A stretch of 7,541 bases of DNA from an uncultured archaeon. GTDB lineage: Archaea > Iainarchaeota > Iainarchaeia > Iainarchaeales > 0-14-0-20-30-16. The stretch spans positions 13,381-20,921 of the forward strand of contig CAZMCX010000006.1 in NCBI GenBank assembly GCA_964565125.1, read 5' to 3'. The notes beneath the pieces were generated by a model. The model was not told where the DNA came from. It did no database searches and saw only the letters and a program-made list of their open reading frames with translations. Shown here in pieces: positions 6,160 to 7,541 of this stretch. Numbering within the stretch: position 1 is the stretch's first letter; each line of letters starts with the position of its first letter. The position numbers and the translations under genes are program-made.

Positions 6160-6834
6160 TTATTCGAAAGCAATTTCTAAATCTCTTGCAACTCTATCTA
6201 TTTTCTTTATTATTTCGTTTTCAGTGTAAACAGTAACCACATAACCTTTTCGGAAAATAAGTTTTAAATTATGGGATTCAATAACAAAGTTTTTCATATT
6301 TTGGCCATAAGCATATTCAATTAATTTTGGCAAAACAATATAATTTGCTTTTAAATATGGCCCGTCTTTTACTACCCCTAACTTTTTTACAAAGTCGTCA
6401 GTTTTCATATCTCCAATAAATTCCGGCTTAAAAATATAACTTTCTGCGAATCCTTCCAAAAAACCAGACAAAAAAGCAAATATTTTTTGTGGGTTTTGTA
6501 TTTTGTATTTCCTTATTGTTCTATATGTTTCTAAAAACAAGGCTACCTCTCTTAATTTCAGGCTAACACTTGTAATTTTGCTTTGCAAGTCTATTAAATT
6601 GCTATAAAACTCACTATAATTTTCTAATAAAGTCGTTGTTTTTATAATTTGGCCAACATTTTTTTTATCTTCATTGCTTAAGGCAGTTTTTGATTTTAAT
6701 TCATCAAAATAGTTATAAACATCCTGAAAATTAACAATTATGGATTCCATTTCGTCAAAAGCTTTTTTACTCTTTGTTAAATTCTTCTCTATTCTCTTCA
6801 AACTATCTTTAACTATAGCCTTATCTAAAACCAT
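6160..6834 (-). CDS. Hypothetical protein, 224 aa (helical N-terminal half, mixed alpha/beta C-terminal half)
   Basis: Long uninterrupted ORF in a 95%-coding window. ATG start with GTGAT 5 nt upstream. No Cys, no TM segment, and no motif I recognise. Residues 1-110 look helical or coiled-coil-like (KRIEKNLTKSKKAFDEMES..., LIDLQSKITSVSLKLREVALFLE). Residues ~115-224 alternate hydrophobic strand-like and helix-like segments (NFVIESHNLKLIFRKGYVVTVYTENEIIKKIDRVARDL). Confidence 0.7.
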   Translation of the reverse strand: MVLDKAIVKDSLKRIEKNLTKSKKAFDEMESIIVNFQDVYNYFDELKSKTALSNEDKKNVGQIIKTTTLLENYSEFYSNLIDLQSKITSVSLKLREVALFLETYRTIRKYKIQNPQKIFAFLSGFLEGFAESYIFKPEFIGDMKTDDFVKKLGVVKDGPYLKANYIVLPKLIEYAYGQNMKNFVIESHNLKLIFRKGYVVTVYTENEIIKKIDRVARDLEIAFE

Positions 6835-6839
6835 AACCT

Positions 6840-6844
6840 ATCAC
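6840..6844 (-). promoter_or_regulatory. Shine-Dalgarno-like GTGAT for the 224-aa ORF
   Basis: The minus strand reads GTGAT-aggtt-ATG, the same 5-nt spacing as at srp54, aIF1A and the mini-ORF. Confidence 0.45.
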
Positions 6845-6882
6845 AATAAAATATAGAAATAGAGGGCTTTTATTCCTTTCTA

Positions 6883-6920
6883 CCCTTTTTCAAAAAAAAG
6901 AATGACTAATATAAAAAGGG
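6883..6920 (-). terminator. Candidate terminator region: 8-bp inverted repeat flanking a T8 run, downstream of the 204-aa ORF
   Basis: The minus strand after the TAG stop reads CCCTTTTT-atattagtcattc-TTTTTTTT-g-AAAAAGGG. CCCTTTTT (6913-6920) and AAAAAGGG (6883-6890) form a perfect 8-bp inverted repeat with a 22-nt spacer. That spacer contains a T8 run (6892-6899), and a T5 run follows the stop directly. Confidence 0.4.
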
Positions 6921-7535
6921 CTATTTGGGGACATAAGAATTTATGTTAAGATTAGATTGATCGATCTTTGTTTTAACTGCATCACCCAATGCGTCCGTGT
7001 CAAAAAACAAGTCTAAAAAGTATTTACAGGTATTATAGCCATTATCTTTCGTAGTAAAAATTACTACCTTATTATCATAAAGAATTATCTCGTCTTTGTC
7101 GTTATTAGAGTTATATTCTACTAAAAAGTTATTTGTTTTCTGAGTCTCACAATTTTCTAAATTATAAGATACATATTGTTTTATTTTTGAATCATAGCCA
7201 GTGCAGAATGTTACTTCTTGTTCTGTTACTTTGTACAAAGAAAGTATATTTTTGTCATTTCCGCTTAAGACCATACTATACAAGATACTACAGCCATACT
7301 CTGGCCCATTTTTTTTTTGTTCAGATATATCTGCAAAAAAAGTCCAATCGTTGTTGTCTTGATATTTTACCAGAAGTTCTTGAATATTGCTATCTGATTT
7401 AAATATTATTCCTTGTTCGCTTACTTCATTTAGGTATTTTTTTTCTTGGACATATGCATAGTAATAGACTATTATCGCAATTATTAAAGTAAGCAAAACA
7501 ATTATAACAATTTTCTTTTTATCCATAAAAACCAC
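6921..7535 (-). CDS. Hypothetical membrane-anchored / secreted protein, 204 aa
   Basis: The N-terminus is KKK followed by the hydrophobic stretch IVIIVLLTLIIAIIVYYYAY (res ~9-28), a signal-anchor type. The rest is polar and Asn/Asp/Tyr-rich, with beta-strand-like segments and exactly four Cys (C82, C111, C129, C170), all beyond the TM segment. The ORF-track start is GTG at 7535. ATG at 7524-7526 (MDKKK...) is an equally plausible start. The upstream context is cut off by the window edge. Confidence 0.7.
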   Translation of the reverse strand: MVFMDKKKIVIIVLLTLIIAIIVYYYAYVQEKKYLNEVSEQGIIFKSDSNIQELLVKYQDNNDWTFFADISEQKKNGPEYGCSILYSMVLSGNDKNILSLYKVTEQEVTFCTGYDSKIKQYVSYNLENCETQKTNNFLVEYNSNNDKDEIILYDNKVVIFTTKDNGYNTCKYFLDLFFDTDALGDAVKTKIDQSNLNINSYVPK

Positions 7536-7541
7536 AAAAAA

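Noticed and set aside
6166-6178. A 13-nt exact match, GAAAGCAATTTCT, shared between the 3' end of the 224-aa gene (plus strand 6166-6178) and the mini-ORF/hairpin region (minus strand, plus coordinates 2206-2218).
   Set aside because: In a window this AT-rich, a rough estimate predicts on the order of ten chance 13-mer matches across both strands (per-base match probability near 0.3, about 1e8 position pairs). Nothing flanking the match extends it.
6921-7535. Whether the N-terminus of the 204-aa protein is a type IV pilin/archaellin-like (class III) signal peptide.
   Set aside because: The expected (K/R)-(G/A) prepilin peptidase cleavage motif is absent before the hydrophobic stretch; the sequence goes KKK directly into IVIIVLL. 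A plain signal anchor is more likely.
1-7541. Search for tRNA, rRNA, CRISPR repeats, IS or transposase ends, integrase genes, long direct or inverted repeats, and defence or toxin-antitoxin gene pairs.
   Set aside because: The non-coding spacers are at most 86 nt and AT-rich, with no tRNA-like GC-rich stems or T-loop motif. By eye I saw no periodic repeat-spacer pattern and no ORF with nuclease, transposase or integrase motifs. A computational repeat and covariance-model scan (tRNAscan-SE, Infernal) would be needed to exclude small ncRNAs formally.

Overview
This window is AT-rich and about 95% coding (342 nt of 7541 lie outside the eight long ORFs). It reads as a housekeeping locus of a streamlined archaeon. 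The archaeal assignment rests on aIF2-beta, aIF1A and SRP54. A DPANN-like origin is only an inference from low GC, compactness and gene content.

Two divergent transcription units leave a 73-bp promoter hub at 3755-3827. Leftward (minus strand) run class II lysyl-tRNA synthetase, a divergent long-type SlyD/FKBP-like PPIase-chaperone, and SRP54. Rightward (plus strand) run aIF2-beta, aIF1A and arginyl-tRNA synthetase. ArgRS converges, with a 7-bp gap, on two minus-strand orphan genes: a 224-aa soluble two-part protein and a 204-aa N-terminally membrane-anchored protein with four cysteines.

The first gene of each divergent unit has a TATA-like box about 23-27 nt upstream of its ATG and no Shine-Dalgarno (SD) motif, so these look leaderless. 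Internal genes use GGTGAT-type SD motifs at a near-constant 5-nt spacing, two with TTG starts, or a 4-nt ATGA overlap.

I found no rRNA, tRNA, CRISPR array, transposase, integrase or long repeat. I do not see a defensible novel multi-gene system here. The best leads are:
- an SD-led 7-codon mini-ORF fused to a hairpin in the lysS-FKBP spacer;
- the two orphan genes at the right end;
- the divergent FKBP placed immediately upstream of SRP54.
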